Below, piece by piece: positions 7,872 through 17,093 of a stretch of DNA of 30,300 nt. Origin of the DNA: a virus. Positions within the stretch are counted from its first letter, which is position 1, and every line of letters begins with the position of its first letter. Location of the stretch: the UHGV virus genome UHGV-1280366. One strand, given 5' to 3'. The notes under the pieces are model-generated. The model saw only the letters and a list, made by a program, of their open reading frames with translations. It was not told the DNA's origin and searched no databases. A program made the position numbers and the translations under genes.

Positions 7872-9980
7872 ATGACGGTCTCAACCAAAGTTGACCACAA
7901 CGAATACACAGGTAACGGCGTTACGACATCGTTTCCGTATACTTTTCGAATTTTCAGAAAATCAGACCTGGTTGTTCAGGTGTCTGACCTGAACGGGAAC
8001 GTAACAGAATTGGTTCTGGATACCGGTTATACGGTAATTGGGGTGGGAGCTTATAGTGGTGGTACAGTGGTTCTTCCGTCGCCGCTTGCTGCTGGCTGGC
8101 GAATCACTATAGAGCGTGTGCTTGATGTGGTGCAGGAGACTGACCTTCGAAATCAGGGGAATTTTTTTCCAGAAGTTCATGAGGATGCATTTGACTACCT
8201 GACGATGCTGATTCAGCAGTCTTTTTCTGGTCTATCTCTTGCACTCAGAAAGCCATCACGTTTATCAAATTATTATGATGCTCGTGATAACAGAATCCAA
8301 AACTTAGCAAGCCCAATTCTCCCGAACGATGGTGTAAACCGTAATTTTGTAGAAAACCTTTTTATTGATAAAAGCGCATCTGCTTCTGCATTGCGCTCTT
8401 TGCTGGAAAGCGCAGCTGGGGCTGGAATAATTGGTACATTGCAGGGATTAACCGTTCAGTCAGTTTTAGATAATGTAAAAATCCCACTGACGTCATTCGT
8501 GTTTTCTATTCCTGATGATTTTGCTAATGCAGATTCTTTAGCAGAATATCTTGAAAATAGATGCTATACCGGCACGCAAGTAATAGTACATGTCTCAGCA
8601 GGCACTCATAATTGGAATACTCTAAATAAGATTTTTGGGAAAGAGTGGGGTTTTGGCCGACTTAAATTTGTTGGTGAAGGAATGGATTTGACAATTATTC
8701 AGTTTCTTAAACAGGACGGAATTTATGCTGAAGCAGGTGAGTGTTATGGTCATGCGCCACAGTTTCCCGTGAGTGGTGGTGATATAATACCAATATTTAG
8801 TAATTTAACTATATCAGGAATTGACAGAGATTCAGGAATTGATGATCCATATCTTGATTCAATGGGGATAAGGGCGTTTGACGGCGGTGTTGTTGTACTT
8901 GATGAAAGCGTAAGAATAACTCAGTTTTCCAGGTGTGGAGTTATGGCTGAGAGGCATGGTATAGCTTTTGTTCCTGGGGTTAAAGTCGATACTACAGGTT
9001 CTGATTGTTTCGCTGCCTCTGAAGGTGGTTATATCTATTGTCCAGACTCTACAGCAAGCAACCCGAAAGGTCATTGCTACATCGCATATTCTGGAGGGCA
9101 GCTTTATATGCCTAACTGTATTGCTCAGAATGCAGAGACACACAACTCGTCAAATGTAGGGGGATCTGGTCTTGTGTTGACCGGAAGCAGTTACGCTTAC
9201 GCTATTAATCTTCAAACTAAAAACAATGCTCAACGTGGAATTAGTGTGGCGTTAGGGTCTTTTCTACGAGCTGACGGGTTTACTGAGAGTGAAAATATTC
9301 TACCTGTGACTGTTTCGCAGGGTTCCACGTTGGTTTCTCCAAATTGCACAATAAACAAACCAGATGCTCTTGCGCTTTTAATTGAGAAAGGAGGAAAGGC
9401 ATTTTTCCAGGTAGCAACAACTGATAAGTTTACTATGTATGGTAGAGCAACAGTACAGTCAATGGGGGTTCTTCATGCACCAGATGGCGACATAACGAAC
9501 AGTTCAGGCAATTCAATATCTGCAATTAACTCAACAGTTGACGTTGACAGAACAACTTTCCATGGTTCTCCTGCTGTAGCTATCTATGCCATGGATGGAG
9601 CGATGGTTAAATGTAGCAATGGAGAATCTCAGACAACTACAGGGACAACAATTATTGCTCAAAATGCAAAGGTTATCGCTGATGGCTTTAAGGTAAAAGG
9701 AAATCCATCAATAGGGTTTAGAGCAACTATGTCTGGAATAATTTCTGCGAAAAACACATCAGTTATCAAGGCCGGTCAATATGGTTACTTTTCTGAAAAT
9801 ATGGGGGCATTTATTGATGCTACAGGTGCTACAGTAGGAGATGCTTTCTCTGGTTTTAAAGCAATAAACGGAGCCAGAATTAATGCTACGCAATCAGATG
9901 CTACAGGATCATATACAGGAGGTGCTTATAGCCCATCAGTAAATTTAGCAGATGAAAAACTAACAATAATAATAAAGTAA
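7872..9980 (+). CDS. tailspike / tail fibre protein (702 aa)
   Basis: N-terminus (NEYTGNGVTTSFPYTFRIF...DLVVQV) carries the conserved podovirus tail-fibre/tailspike N-terminal adaptor motif; Gly/Ser/Thr-rich C-terminal 500 aa consistent with a beta-rich receptor-binding domain; GGAG RBS; last late gene before attP. Confidence 0.8.
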   Translation: MTVSTKVDHNEYTGNGVTTSFPYTFRIFRKSDLVVQVSDLNGNVTELVLDTGYTVIGVGAYSGGTVVLPSPLAAGWRITIERVLDVVQETDLRNQGNFFPEVHEDAFDYLTMLIQQSFSGLSLALRKPSRLSNYYDARDNRIQNLASPILPNDGVNRNFVENLFIDKSASASALRSLLESAAGAGIIGTLQGLTVQSVLDNVKIPLTSFVFSIPDDFANADSLAEYLENRCYTGTQVIVHVSAGTHNWNTLNKIFGKEWGFGRLKFVGEGMDLTIIQFLKQDGIYAEAGECYGHAPQFPVSGGDIIPIFSNLTISGIDRDSGIDDPYLDSMGIRAFDGGVVVLDESVRITQFSRCGVMAERHGIAFVPGVKVDTTGSDCFAASEGGYIYCPDSTASNPKGHCYIAYSGGQLYMPNCIAQNAETHNSSNVGGSGLVLTGSSYAYAINLQTKNNAQRGISVALGSFLRADGFTESENILPVTVSQGSTLVSPNCTINKPDALALLIEKGGKAFFQVATTDKFTMYGRATVQSMGVLHAPDGDITNSSGNSISAINSTVDVDRTTFHGSPAVAIYAMDGAMVKCSNGESQTTTGTTIIAQNAKVIADGFKVKGNPSIGFRATMSGIISAKNTSVIKAGQYGYFSENMGAFIDATGATVGDAFSGFKAINGARINATQSDATGSYTGGAYSPSVNLADEKLTIIIK

Positions 9981-10077
9981 GCAATATGCTATAGTTCATG
10001 ACTTATTAATGATAACTATATGCACAAAGCTTTGCACTTGATTGCAATGCTTTGTGCCATTCTATAGTTAAGGTGGA
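9981..10077. other. candidate attP region between convergent tailspike and int genes
   Basis: 97-bp AT-rich spacer with ctatagtt direct repeats (9989-9996, 10061-10068) and a 9-bp inverted repeat GCACAAAGC...GCTTTGTGC; position by analogy to lambda/P22 attP adjacent to the int 3' end. Core not identifiable without attB. Confidence 0.35.
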
Positions 10078-11236
10078 TCACTCCACCTTTTCATCAAGCC
10101 AGTCCGCCCACCACTGCATCATTTCTCTGCGCTTATCTAGATACTGAGCATGGTTGTAAATACCGCGCACAGATCCGCCGTTGGCATGTGCCAGTTGCAC
10201 TTCAATAGCGTCAGCAGGCCATTCATGCTCGTTCATAATCGTGCTGAATTCATGCCTGAATCCGTGACCGCTTTCCAGACCTTCATAGCCGATTTGTTTG
10301 ATCACAAGTAGCACCGCGTTCTCGCAGATTGGCTTCTTCTTATCGTTGCGTCCGGCAAAAACAAACTCTGATACTGGTTTAGTGATGGAGCTTAGCGTAG
10401 TGAGAAGTTCAACCACCTGGTCTGACATCGGGACCACATGAATTTTGCGTCCCTTCATCACACTGGCGTCGATGGTGATAATCCTGTTTTCAAAATCGAC
10501 GTTCTTCCATTGCATGGAGCGAAGCTCTTTCGTTCTTAGGGCTGTGTAGCGTAAAACTTTGGTCGCAATGAGCGATACGATACTTCCTGAAAATGTTGCC
10601 AGTGCTTTGTTGAATGCCGGGATCTGGTCTGCAGGAAGAAACGGGAAGTTCTTCTTGCGGTATCCCTTCATGGCGTCAGCAAGGTCAGGTGCCGGGTTAT
10701 ATTTAGCCCTACCAGTGACAATAGCGTAACGGAAAACCTCGCCGCATCTTCTGCGGGCTTTGTTGGCTCGCTCCATTGCACCGCGATCTTCAAATCTGCG
10801 GATTACTTCCAGCAGTTGCATCGGCTCAATATCCAGAATCTCGAGACCGCCGATGATGGGTAAAATGTCGTCATCAAACATTTTGGCAAGTTCAGTCGCA
10901 TACCCTACAGACCAGACTTGCTTCTTGTGCTCGTACCATTCCTTGTAAATGGCGCTAAAGGAATTGTTGTTAGACGAAGCCTTTTTCGCTTTTACCGGAT
11001 CTATGCCAACCGAGATGTCTTTCCTCGCAGTCCATGCTCTATCCCTTGCCTCCTGCAAAGTCATAAGCGGATATTTTCCGACAGTCAGGATTTTCTCCTT
11101 ACCGTCAATCTTGTAGCGAAGCTGCCATACCTTTTTCCCGGATACAGGGACATAAAGATACAGGCCATTACCATCGAGAAGGCGGTATGGTTTTTCTTTC
11201 GGCTTTGCTGCTTCAATCTGCTTAACGGTTAGCATG
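10078..11236 (-). CDS. int: tyrosine integrase (P4-like, N-terminal arm-binding domain)
   Basis: N-terminus MLTVKQIEAAKPKEKPYRLLDGNGLYLYV matches the arm-binding domain of P4-family integrases; C-terminal region has catalytic-domain features (HGFRH, tyrosine near the C-terminus). Track start 11271 is GTG; ATG 11236 chosen. Confidence 0.9.
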
Positions 11237-11500
11237 GGTAAAAATCCGGTGGGTAAAATTATTTTATCCACTTTTTACCCGTCATGGTGTGCGGCTGTCA
11301 ACGATCTGACGCGAACCATGACGAACCGTGAATATACGGAAGGCTTGATATTCAGGGGATTTTGCGGACTGGTGCGGATGGGAGCGAACTGATAAATGGT
11401 GTCCCCTGCAGACATCTACTTGAGGCAGCAGGGGATTGATTGGAATGGTGTTTTTGAGATGTGAGAAATATTTTACCCGCTATTTTACCCATTGGCGCGG
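11233..11500. repeat. cluster of GGGTAAAA / TTTTACCC octamer repeats around the int start and the int-xis spacer
   Basis: At least five copies in both orientations (about 11235, 11252, 11273, 11473, 11486); possible Int/Xis or regulator binding sites. Confidence 0.4.
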
Positions 11501-11685
11501 CTTAAGAGCTTATTTTTGAATTCACAATGGTCACGATATAACCATCTTGCTCGTCCGTGGATAACTTTGGCTTTAGGCAGGTCGCCGGACTTAATCCGGT
11601 CATAGATGAAGGTTTTACCGAAGCCAGTATCGGCCATGATGAATTTCAAATCAACCAGTGAATCAGGCTGTAGTTCGTGTTGCAT
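11485..11685 (-). CDS. xis: excisionase / AlpA-like DNA-binding protein
   Basis: Small basic protein immediately upstream of int; ATG 11685 with GGAG RBS; winged-helix-like motif (FIYDRIKSGDLPKAKVIHGRARW). Confidence 0.65.
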   Translation of the reverse strand: MQHELQPDSLVDLKFIMADTGFGKTFIYDRIKSGDLPKAKVIHGRARWLYRDHCEFKNKLLSRANG

Positions 11686-11730
11686 GAGTGCTATCTCCAA
11701 ATAGGGAATCAAACCTGCAAATCAGGCAAT

Positions 11731-11751
11731 AAAAAAACCGCATTGATGCGG
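11731..11751 (-). terminator. rho-independent terminator on the minus strand upstream of xis
   Basis: CCGCA-ttga-TGCGG hairpin followed on the minus strand by seven T. Confidence 0.5.
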
Positions 11752-12071
11752 CGATGGTAGGTCTGGATATCTTGATAAATGAAAATGCCTCATCGAGTGT
11801 GAGGCGGTGTGATTTCTTTATTTCCACTCTTAATGTTTGTCAGTGAATGGTTTCTCCATCTCCATTAATGCCTTATTCATCTCATTTCGTAGCTCTATAG
11901 CCATCCTGACGGCTTCAACTTGTGCAGGATGTCGGTTAATTGCTGGAGAATATCGTCGGGAGCGAAGGATTGAGAAAACAAAGATAATGCAAGCAACTAT
12001 CTGAATTGCATTGCATATTATTGATACAATGTGGATTGCAGCCATCTACTACCCCAAATAAAAAACCGCCA

Positions 12072-12239
12072 TCAGGCGTCTTGGTGTTCTTTCAGTTCTT
12101 CAATTCGAATATTGGTTACGTCTGCATGTGCTATCTGCGCCCATATCATCCAGTGGTTATAGCAGTCGTTGATGTCCTCTGCTTCGATAACTCTGTTGAA
12201 TGGTTCTCCATTCCATTCACCTGTGACTCGGAAGTGCAT
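12072..12239 (-). CDS. small hypothetical protein (55 aa, MHFRVTGEWNGEPF...), not in the ORF track
   Basis: ATG with GGAGATGATAA RBS; stop lies within a terminator-like hairpin (CGCC-tgat-GGCG plus T-run on the minus strand). Confidence 0.4.
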   Translation of the reverse strand: MHFRVTGEWNGEPFNRVIEAEDINDCYNHWMIWAQIAHADVTNIRIEELKEHQDA

Positions 12240-12482
12240 TTATCATCTCCATAAAACAAAACCCGCCGTAGCGAGTTCAGATAAAAGAAATCCCCGCGAG
12301 TGCGAGGATTGTTATTGTCTTTTCTTCGTGCATTTGTCGCACTTTCGGCACCATCCAGATAGGCACATCCGTCCGCAATTAACACATATAGGCCACATCA
12401 TTTTTCCTCTTTTGGTTTATGAATCTGAATGGTCATGCCGCTTTGAGTGGTGACTACAATGACAGAACCAGGCTGAAGACTG

Positions 12483-12680
12483 TTAAGATTGAATGCTTCG
12501 TAAAACGAATCCAAGGCCAGCGCTTTTTTTATTCTTTCGGTTCCACCAACGCCATCCCTTGCTACAGGCTACACTGACAATCCACTGCCCACTCCTGTAA
12601 GCCATATAAAACCAGATGAGCAAAACCTGAAGGAAGGCTATCCAGTCAATAATCGTATATTTCGCGAAGGAGTCCATCAC
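12483..12680 (-). CDS. small hydrophobic hypothetical protein (65 aa)
   Basis: ORF abutting the Lar-like gene (stop/start overlap at 12677-12680); hydrophobic, Trp-rich. Confidence 0.3.
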   Translation of the reverse strand: MMDSFAKYTIIDWIAFLQVLLIWFYMAYRSGQWIVSVACSKGWRWWNRKNKKSAGLGFVLRSIQS

Positions 12681-12973
12681 TTCACCTCCTGCGGAGTAGC
12701 CTTTACAAGCACTGGTGTAAATCCATCTTCATTAAGGTTATGAATATAGACTTCTGTTCTCCTGCGCTCTTCAACGTTTAATATTGTTTCTGGATCATAA
12801 ACCCATACTTTCATTCGACTATTCCATGAAGAAATCGCTTCAGATCTAGTTCGTTTTTCTGGTCCTTGGGCACCACATTTGCATGACACATAGCGCATTT
12901 TCCCTCTGATACTGAATGAGTATCCGATGTTAAGCACAGTGGAACCACAGAATGGGCAGCGATATAGATTCAT
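12677..12973 (-). CDS. Lar-family restriction-alleviation-like zinc-ribbon protein
   Basis: N-terminal CPFCG...CKCGA...AISSWNSR resembles the Lar family; overlaps upstream gene stop (12970-12973). Confidence 0.5.
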   Translation of the reverse strand: MNLYRCPFCGSTVLNIGYSFSIRGKMRYVSCKCGAQGPEKRTRSEAISSWNSRMKVWVYDPETILNVEERRRTEVYIHNLNEDGFTPVLVKATPQEVK

Positions 12974-13554
12974 AAATCATCCACCTTAGGCGCAGCTGAG
13001 ACAGCAACATTCCAGAACTCAGAAAACATATTGTATGCACCAGATAGATTGGAAGTGGCATACCCTCCAAGCTCACTTCTAATCTGAACGGCTCTCATCA
13101 TTTCCGGTGTTAACTCCTTCGGCACCATAACCCAACCATCCGGAGTTACCGGAGAGTTGCCATTTACATCGAAGTTTGGCTCTGCGTCCTGAACCAGGAG
13201 GATGTAACCATTCTTGGCAGTATCAAGTTCTAACGCCTCGGTGACGGTACCGAAATAGCGATTACCTAAATCCGCATCACAAGTGCTTACATCAATGGAA
13301 ACCTCCATGCCTTCGATTAATTCTGGCAAGTTGTAAGTTTGGCTTACAGGTTCTGCTCCCAGTGATGCCAGTGCAATTCGTGCCAGCTCACGCACAACTT
13401 CAGGGGGCGCGTGACGGTCATTCAGGTCATCCCACAGACGTAGCATGTCATCGCTATCAGGGTTAACATCCTCATTAGTTCCGGCCAGCGCACTAATAAC
13501 CTCATCGGCTGCTTCAATAATTTTCTGTGCCTGTTCTCTGGTAATAGTGGTCAT
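12970..13554 (-). CDS. hypothetical acidic protein (194 aa)
   Basis: ORF with ATG start in the early-left operon; no family recognised. Confidence 0.55.
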   Translation of the reverse strand: MTTITREQAQKIIEAADEVISALAGTNEDVNPDSDDMLRLWDDLNDRHAPPEVVRELARIALASLGAEPVSQTYNLPELIEGMEVSIDVSTCDADLGNRYFGTVTEALELDTAKNGYILLVQDAEPNFDVNGNSPVTPDGWVMVPKELTPEMMRAVQIRSELGGYATSNLSGAYNMFSEFWNVAVSAAPKVDDL

Positions 13555-13564
13555 TTGTTATGCC

Positions 13565-13762
13565 TCAATACACGAAATCTGTTTTAAATTCATGGTTACA
13601 TTCTGGACAGCATGTTTCGTAACCTTTTATTTCTTCACATGCCTGTTTAGCTCCAGAAAACTCCCAGAAATCAGCATCACAAAGCAGATCGAAATTGTGA
13701 CCGCATTTTGGGCATTCGGTATCAAGTGACAGATTCCAGTAAGCAGTGGTGTTTTTATCCAT
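13565..13762 (-). CDS. small zinc-ribbon hypothetical protein (65 aa; CPKCG...CCPEC)
   Basis: Internal ATG 13762 chosen with AAGGAG-like RBS; two Cys pairs. Confidence 0.45.
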   Translation of the reverse strand: MDKNTTAYWNLSLDTECPKCGHNFDLLCDADFWEFSGAKQACEEIKGYETCCPECNHEFKTDFVY

Positions 13763-13763
13763 A

Positions 13764-13985
13764 TCAGTCTCCTTTACCCGCTGCTTTCTCCTGCTCTTTA
13801 GCAAGCCGCTCCGCTTCTCTGAAATCCCAGTCAACTCGACGTGCTATATCAATTGCAGAACGCACGGTCCGTTCAATTAGCGTATCCAGATTATCGATTG
13901 TCATTGCCATATCTGGATTGCGAGATAAAATCTCCGCCCTCTGAATCTGCCAGTTGTTGCAGGTTTCAAGTAATGAATTAGCCAT
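13764..13985 (-). CDS. hypothetical protein (73 aa)
   Basis: ORF trimmed to internal ATG; tightly packed with neighbours. Confidence 0.4.
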   Translation of the reverse strand: MANSLLETCNNWQIQRAEILSRNPDMAMTIDNLDTLIERTVRSAIDIARRVDWDFREAERLAKEQEKAAGKGD

Positions 13986-14202
13986 TATCTTTACCCCGCG
14001 CTCCATATGCAGATAAGCACTCTTCAAATCCAGCCTGATTATCCGTTTGACCAAAACTGAAGCCATGCTGAAGACCATGACGAAATGCGCTATCTTGCAA
14101 TTTATCTGCGCTATCGAGCTTCGCTTCCAGTTCAGCGATTCGCTTCTCTGCGGCTTCCAGCTCATCCAGCAGAGCCAGTACGGTTTCAGAGTGGATATCC
14201 AT
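13978..14202 (-). CDS. hypothetical coiled-coil protein (74 aa)
   Basis: ATG at 14202; track start 14211 is GTG. Confidence 0.4.
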   Translation of the reverse strand: MDIHSETVLALLDELEAAEKRIAELEAKLDSADKLQDSAFRHGLQHGFSFGQTDNQAGFEECLSAYGARGKDNG

Positions 14203-14267
14203 GTTGAACACTCAATGCTCTTGGGCTTTCTCTGCTGATTGGCGCAGCGCCTGTTTGTCGATGTTGC

Positions 14268-15029
14268 TCATGCAGCCTCCTCATCTCGTGGCTTACAGAA
14301 AATACCGCACTCAAAATCCATATCCTTCATCGGCCTACCAATAGCATCTGGCGGTAGTTCATCAAGGAACATGCGAACGCCTTTATGGCGAACTAGCCTT
14401 GCTCCGATTCGACGAGACTGCTCAGCGCGATGCTGGAAAACCTCAGGGTGAACTTTTCTTACGTGATTCCAGTAAGTCGGAGATGTGGCTTTTACGCAGC
14501 CAATGCAGTTGGCGTTGTGGTATCCAAGCTGATAGATGCGAGGCAGGACAATTCCGGCCTCGAGTAAAATCGTGAAGCAGTCGCCCTTGGTAAGCCCGGC
14601 ATCAATAAGCACTGGCAGCAAGTCGTGCCGTTCATTTTTGACAAAGTTCTCTGCGCGATGTGCTTCATCTGCCGTAAATCCCAGAACAACATGGTCACAC
14701 TTATTGCTTTGCTCCCAATGCTTCCTGGCGAGCTTCTTGAGTGCTTTGGTGCATGGAGCACCTGCAATGCCAGACATGTACTGTTGGTGGTCCCACACCT
14801 CTACCGCGCTGGCATTAGGGAACATCGGATTTACTACTGACTCGATTCTGATACCCAGCCATCCCTCGACGTCATGCAGAAAGCGGACATTATCTTCATC
14901 CTCTTCAGCGACCGGGTTGTTCAACACGCGAATCTCGTGAGTATCCCCATATTTCTCAAATGTCAGCTTGGCGGCCACGGCGCTGGCAGCCCCGCAGGAA
15001 AACCAAACTGCTATTACCGGCTTGCTCAT
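14268..15029 (-). CDS. PAPS-reductase-like (PP-loop ATP pyrophosphatase superfamily) protein
   Basis: N-terminal VIAVWFSCGAASAV resembles the PP-loop SGGxDS motif; Cys-rich C-terminus; ATG 15029 overlaps the upstream stop (ATGA). Confidence 0.7.
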   Translation of the reverse strand: MSKPVIAVWFSCGAASAVAAKLTFEKYGDTHEIRVLNNPVAEEDEDNVRFLHDVEGWLGIRIESVVNPMFPNASAVEVWDHQQYMSGIAGAPCTKALKKLARKHWEQSNKCDHVVLGFTADEAHRAENFVKNERHDLLPVLIDAGLTKGDCFTILLEAGIVLPRIYQLGYHNANCIGCVKATSPTYWNHVRKVHPEVFQHRAEQSRRIGARLVRHKGVRMFLDELPPDAIGRPMKDMDFECGIFCKPRDEEAA

Positions 15030-15730
15030 GCTGCACCGCCTTTGCGAAGTTTCTGCGCCAGCCATTCGAGCGCCATTACCGGCACACCGATGTGACCAGT
15101 TCCTTCGAACTTCTTGATAAGATGCTCGATTGAAGCGTCCACACCGCTGGCCCGCACTTCAGCCAGGAAAGCGTCGGTGGCCGGGGTGTTGATTTCTGGC
15201 TTGGCATATACCGGCCAGCAATCAGTACCGTCGGAATTCTTGTGGCCAGCATCATCGTGAACATCAAGATACTCACCGCACGGGAGAGGGTCTTCCCATG
15301 TTGGCGGGATAGTGTGCCAGGATAGATAGGCTTGAGGCTTGTCAAACGCAGCCTTCAGCCCCGCATTCTCCGCAGCCAGCGCCGAAAACTTCTCGTGTGC
15401 CAACTTAACGGCTGCATCTGCCTGCCTCATTGCCTCCATTGCTTTCTCGTTATCAGTTGCTAGCGCCGCGCACTTGGCTTCAAGTTCGGCAAACTTATCA
15501 GCCACTGATTTCGGCCCGTCTTCGCCGCAAGCCTGCATCATTGATGACTCCCATGCTCTTTCTGCTGCTTCCGATAGCTTTAATTGCACTTCAAGTAATG
15601 CAATCTTTGATTCAAGCTCACCAAATTTACGCACCAGATATTCAGCGTTTGTTTCGTTAACCTTTAAATCTCGTGGGATGCATTTACCTTTCAGAAATCC
15701 ATACATCTCAATTAGTGTCATTTGTTTCAT
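15026..15730 (-). CDS. Ea22-like coiled-coil hypothetical protein
   Basis: Track start is GTG; ATG 15730 with GGAGTGGG RBS; long Ala/Glu/Lys coiled-coil segment typical of lambdoid Ea22-like proteins. Confidence 0.55.
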   Translation of the reverse strand: MKQMTLIEMYGFLKGKCIPRDLKVNETNAEYLVRKFGELESKIALLEVQLKLSEAAERAWESSMMQACGEDGPKSVADKFAELEAKCAALATDNEKAMEAMRQADAAVKLAHEKFSALAAENAGLKAAFDKPQAYLSWHTIPPTWEDPLPCGEYLDVHDDAGHKNSDGTDCWPVYAKPEINTPATDAFLAEVRASGVDASIEHLIKKFEGTGHIGVPVMALEWLAQKLRKGGAA

Positions 15731-15887
15731 TTTTTCCCACTCCGCCACATCGCATTCAGATATTTGTTTTGATTCACTGATGGAAAAGAATTTCTCTTAA
15801 GCAATTCCTCTCTCGATGGCATTGGCTTTACGCGTTGGCGAATAATCATTTCTGCTGGAAGAATGCCGGGATTGTATGCAAGTCCTC

Positions 15888-16178
15888 TCATGATTTACTC
15901 TCCACGAACTGGTCAATAGCCATGCTAAGTGACACACCTAAATTCTCGATATGTTGCTGAATATCCTGTAGCGTCTGCGCCTGAGATAACAGGATTTCAC
16001 GGTTGCATAATTCTTTAACCAGATGCTCAAACTTGCTGTAATAACCGATACGGCTTAGTGTTTCTTTCCCTGCATTCTCGCCTTCTTTGATAATTCCTCT
16101 TTCACTAAGAATCAGGTCGTGTTTGGTTCCGGTAATAACGTATTTTCCGAGGTCGATGTTTAGCTTCATTGTTTTCAT
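15888..16178 (-). CDS. hypothetical protein (96 aa)
   Basis: Internal ATG 16178 with GAGGAA RBS; track ORF extended upstream into the neighbouring gene. Confidence 0.45.
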   Translation of the reverse strand: MKTMKLNIDLGKYVITGTKHDLILSERGIIKEGENAGKETLSRIGYYSKFEHLVKELCNREILLSQAQTLQDIQQHIENLGVSLSMAIDQFVESKS

Positions 16179-16188
16179 GGTAAATTCC

Positions 16189-16482
16189 TCAGTCATTACT
16201 GATAGCGCCATAGCGTGAGCGGTAATTACGCAGGCGCGGGTCAATTTCAGGGAAGTGGGTATATGTGGCTTTGCGGAATGGTCGGATTGATGTCTGGTAA
16301 ATTCGCTCGCGTTCTTCTTTCTCTGCAAGCCATATACAGTGGCGAAATTCCTTTTCCTCTTTCGTTTCCTGCGGTAGCGACATTATCCGATCGTAGTTTT
16401 TTCTGAATTTATCCAGCACCTCCGATACGGAATTGCCGGAACAGCGGCGCGCGTCATCCGCACCATACAGAGGCGCTGGCAT
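16189..16482 (-). CDS. hypothetical protein (97 aa)
   Basis: ORF with ATG start; weak RBS. Confidence 0.4.
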   Translation of the reverse strand: MPAPLYGADDARRCSGNSVSEVLDKFRKNYDRIMSLPQETKEEKEFRHCIWLAEKEERERIYQTSIRPFRKATYTHFPEIDPRLRNYRSRYGAISND

Positions 16483-16505
16483 AATGGGAGCCTTATTTTC
16501 AGTAA

Positions 16506-17093
16506 TCAGAAAGGAGGGTAATCGTTCTGGCTGTAACCATAATCATCTGCATGATTCTGGCTTACGTTTTTAGAGCGATTGTCTTTATCTTTGAGATTGG
16601 CAACCATGTTGGCGATAGTTTCTGGTTGCTTGCCTTCTGCCTTTTCTTTTAGGGTTTGACCTGTTTGTGCAATAAACGGGATGCGTATCTCCATCTGGTA
16701 ACTGTCTGCGCCAGTCTTTTTGTTTGTGGTTAATACTTTCTGGAGCACTAACCCGATTTTCTTTCCGTGAAACTCAGGAGCAACAAATTTACTGGCGGAA
16801 ACCATATGTTGCGTTAATTGCCCAATCCCGGCACACCCCATCATAGCGTGAACGACATTTGCGCCAAATTTGTTTTCCGTGCCGTCATTTTTCTGAACAC
16901 AAACGCTAAGATACTGGATTTTACGACCGTCGTCGGATTCTCCAGAAAACTCAATAAATTTGGCTCCTTTTTCTGATTGCTTTAGTTCTGCTTCAGTAAT
17001 TGTAATGATATGAGCGCCAGTTTCGTTAATAAAACCGCCTTGTCCTGCGGTCAGTGCTGCTTCTTCGTTATAAGTAAAAATCACGTTGCTCAT
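16506..17093 (-). CDS. putative single-stranded DNA-binding protein partnered with the Sak4-like ATPase
   Basis: Start overlaps the stop of the ATPase gene (ATGA); ends in an acidic/aromatic tail (...DDYGYSQNDYPPF) reminiscent of SSB C-terminal tails. Assignment is inferential. Confidence 0.5.
   Translation of the reverse strand: MSNVIFTYNEEAALTAGQGGFINETGAHIITITEAELKQSEKGAKFIEFSGESDDGRKIQYLSVCVQKNDGTENKFGANVVHAMMGCAGIGQLTQHMVSASKFVAPEFHGKKIGLVLQKVLTTNKKTGADSYQMEIRIPFIAQTGQTLKEKAEGKQPETIANMVANLKDKDNRSKNVSQNHADDYGYSQNDYPPF

Noticed and set aside
7872-9980. P22 gp9-type tailspike
   Set aside because: The N-terminus does not match the P22 head-binding domain as recalled; it carries a different adaptor motif.
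14492-15345. Plus- and minus-strand ORFs embedded in the PAPS-reductase-like and Ea22-like genes
   Set aside because: Embedded in longer coupled genes of the early-left operon; no independent start signals seen.
15888-16328. 146-aa ORF extending upstream into gene 16189-16482
   Set aside because: The extension overlaps the neighbouring gene in another frame; internal ATG 16178 with RBS is the more plausible start.
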